A stretch of DNA of 32,000 nucleotides from contig NZ_KB907791.1 of assembly GCF_000382205.1 (NCBI RefSeq), forward strand, positions 441,007-473,006, read 5' to 3'. Source of the stretch: Dyadobacter beijingensis DSM 21582 (GTDB lineage: Bacteria > Bacteroidota > Bacteroidia > Cytophagales > Spirosomataceae). Below are positions 31,943 to 32,000 of the stretch, piece after piece (within the stretch, counting starts at the first letter, position 1; the number at the start of each line of letters is the position of its first letter). The translations under genes and the position numbers were made by a program. The notes below the pieces were generated by a model. That model was given only the letters and a program-made list of their open reading frames with translations, had not been told where the DNA came from and ran no database searches.

Positions 31943-32000
31943 CATATTCCTGAATGTTTTTCTTGAATCCAGTAAATTTATTGTTGTCGTTCTTATCCTC

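Noticed and set aside
1-32000. Search for CRISPR arrays, tRNA/tmRNA genes at the island borders, rRNA, retron-like RT/ncRNA, and restriction-modification methyltransferases.
   Set aside because: I saw no regularly spaced direct repeats. No cloverleaf-like segment with a GTTCRANNC T-loop appears near 5100-7050 or at the window edges. No RT, methyltransferase or Cas motifs appear in any listed ORF.

Overview
The window looks like a Bacteroidota-type chromosome edge (1-1.4 kb: DJ-1/PfpI, ABM monooxygenase and DUF2652-like genes) running into a decayed, layered integrative/mobilizable island. The taxon is inferred from gene families only.

Left part: several gene remnants surround a complete IS3-family element (2280-3562). 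They are a frameshifted barrel-protein gene, a tyrosine-integrase fragment and an ADP-ribosylglycohydrolase stub. An LRR protein follows, then a full-length tyrosine integrase broken by a single in-frame TAA.

Centre (about 7.0-20.5 kb): all genes are on the plus strand and sampled lines are visibly more AT-rich. It reads as a defence island containing:
- an NDT/TIR-like + wHTH gene, an N-terminally extended ABC ATPase and an HNH nuclease (a Septu-like core plus an extra gene);
- an orphan membrane protein;
- a ~1,595-codon trypsin-like protease-STAND NTPase frame split by one in-frame TGA, with a ComEC-type MBL hydrolase starting 4 nt after its end;
- an ApeA-like HEPN protein;
- an AbiJ-like HEPN protein followed by a polytopic membrane protein.

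Right part (21-30.4 kb): a mobilization and maintenance backbone. It holds a ParA/TraA-like ATPase, a MobC-like protein, a MOB relaxase, an XRE regulator, a HEPN protein with a degenerate NTase-like partner, ArdA, an excisionase-like HTH protein and a RusA-like gene with an in-frame TAA that the ORF track misses. An IS256-family element with 9-bp target duplications follows.

I saw no rRNA, tRNA or CRISPR array. The best candidates for something undescribed are the protease-STAND + MBL module and the three-gene Septu-like operon. Two large nested hairpins are also notable, one upstream of the mob genes and one upstream of ardA. All family calls rest on motif recognition by eye; no database search was run.
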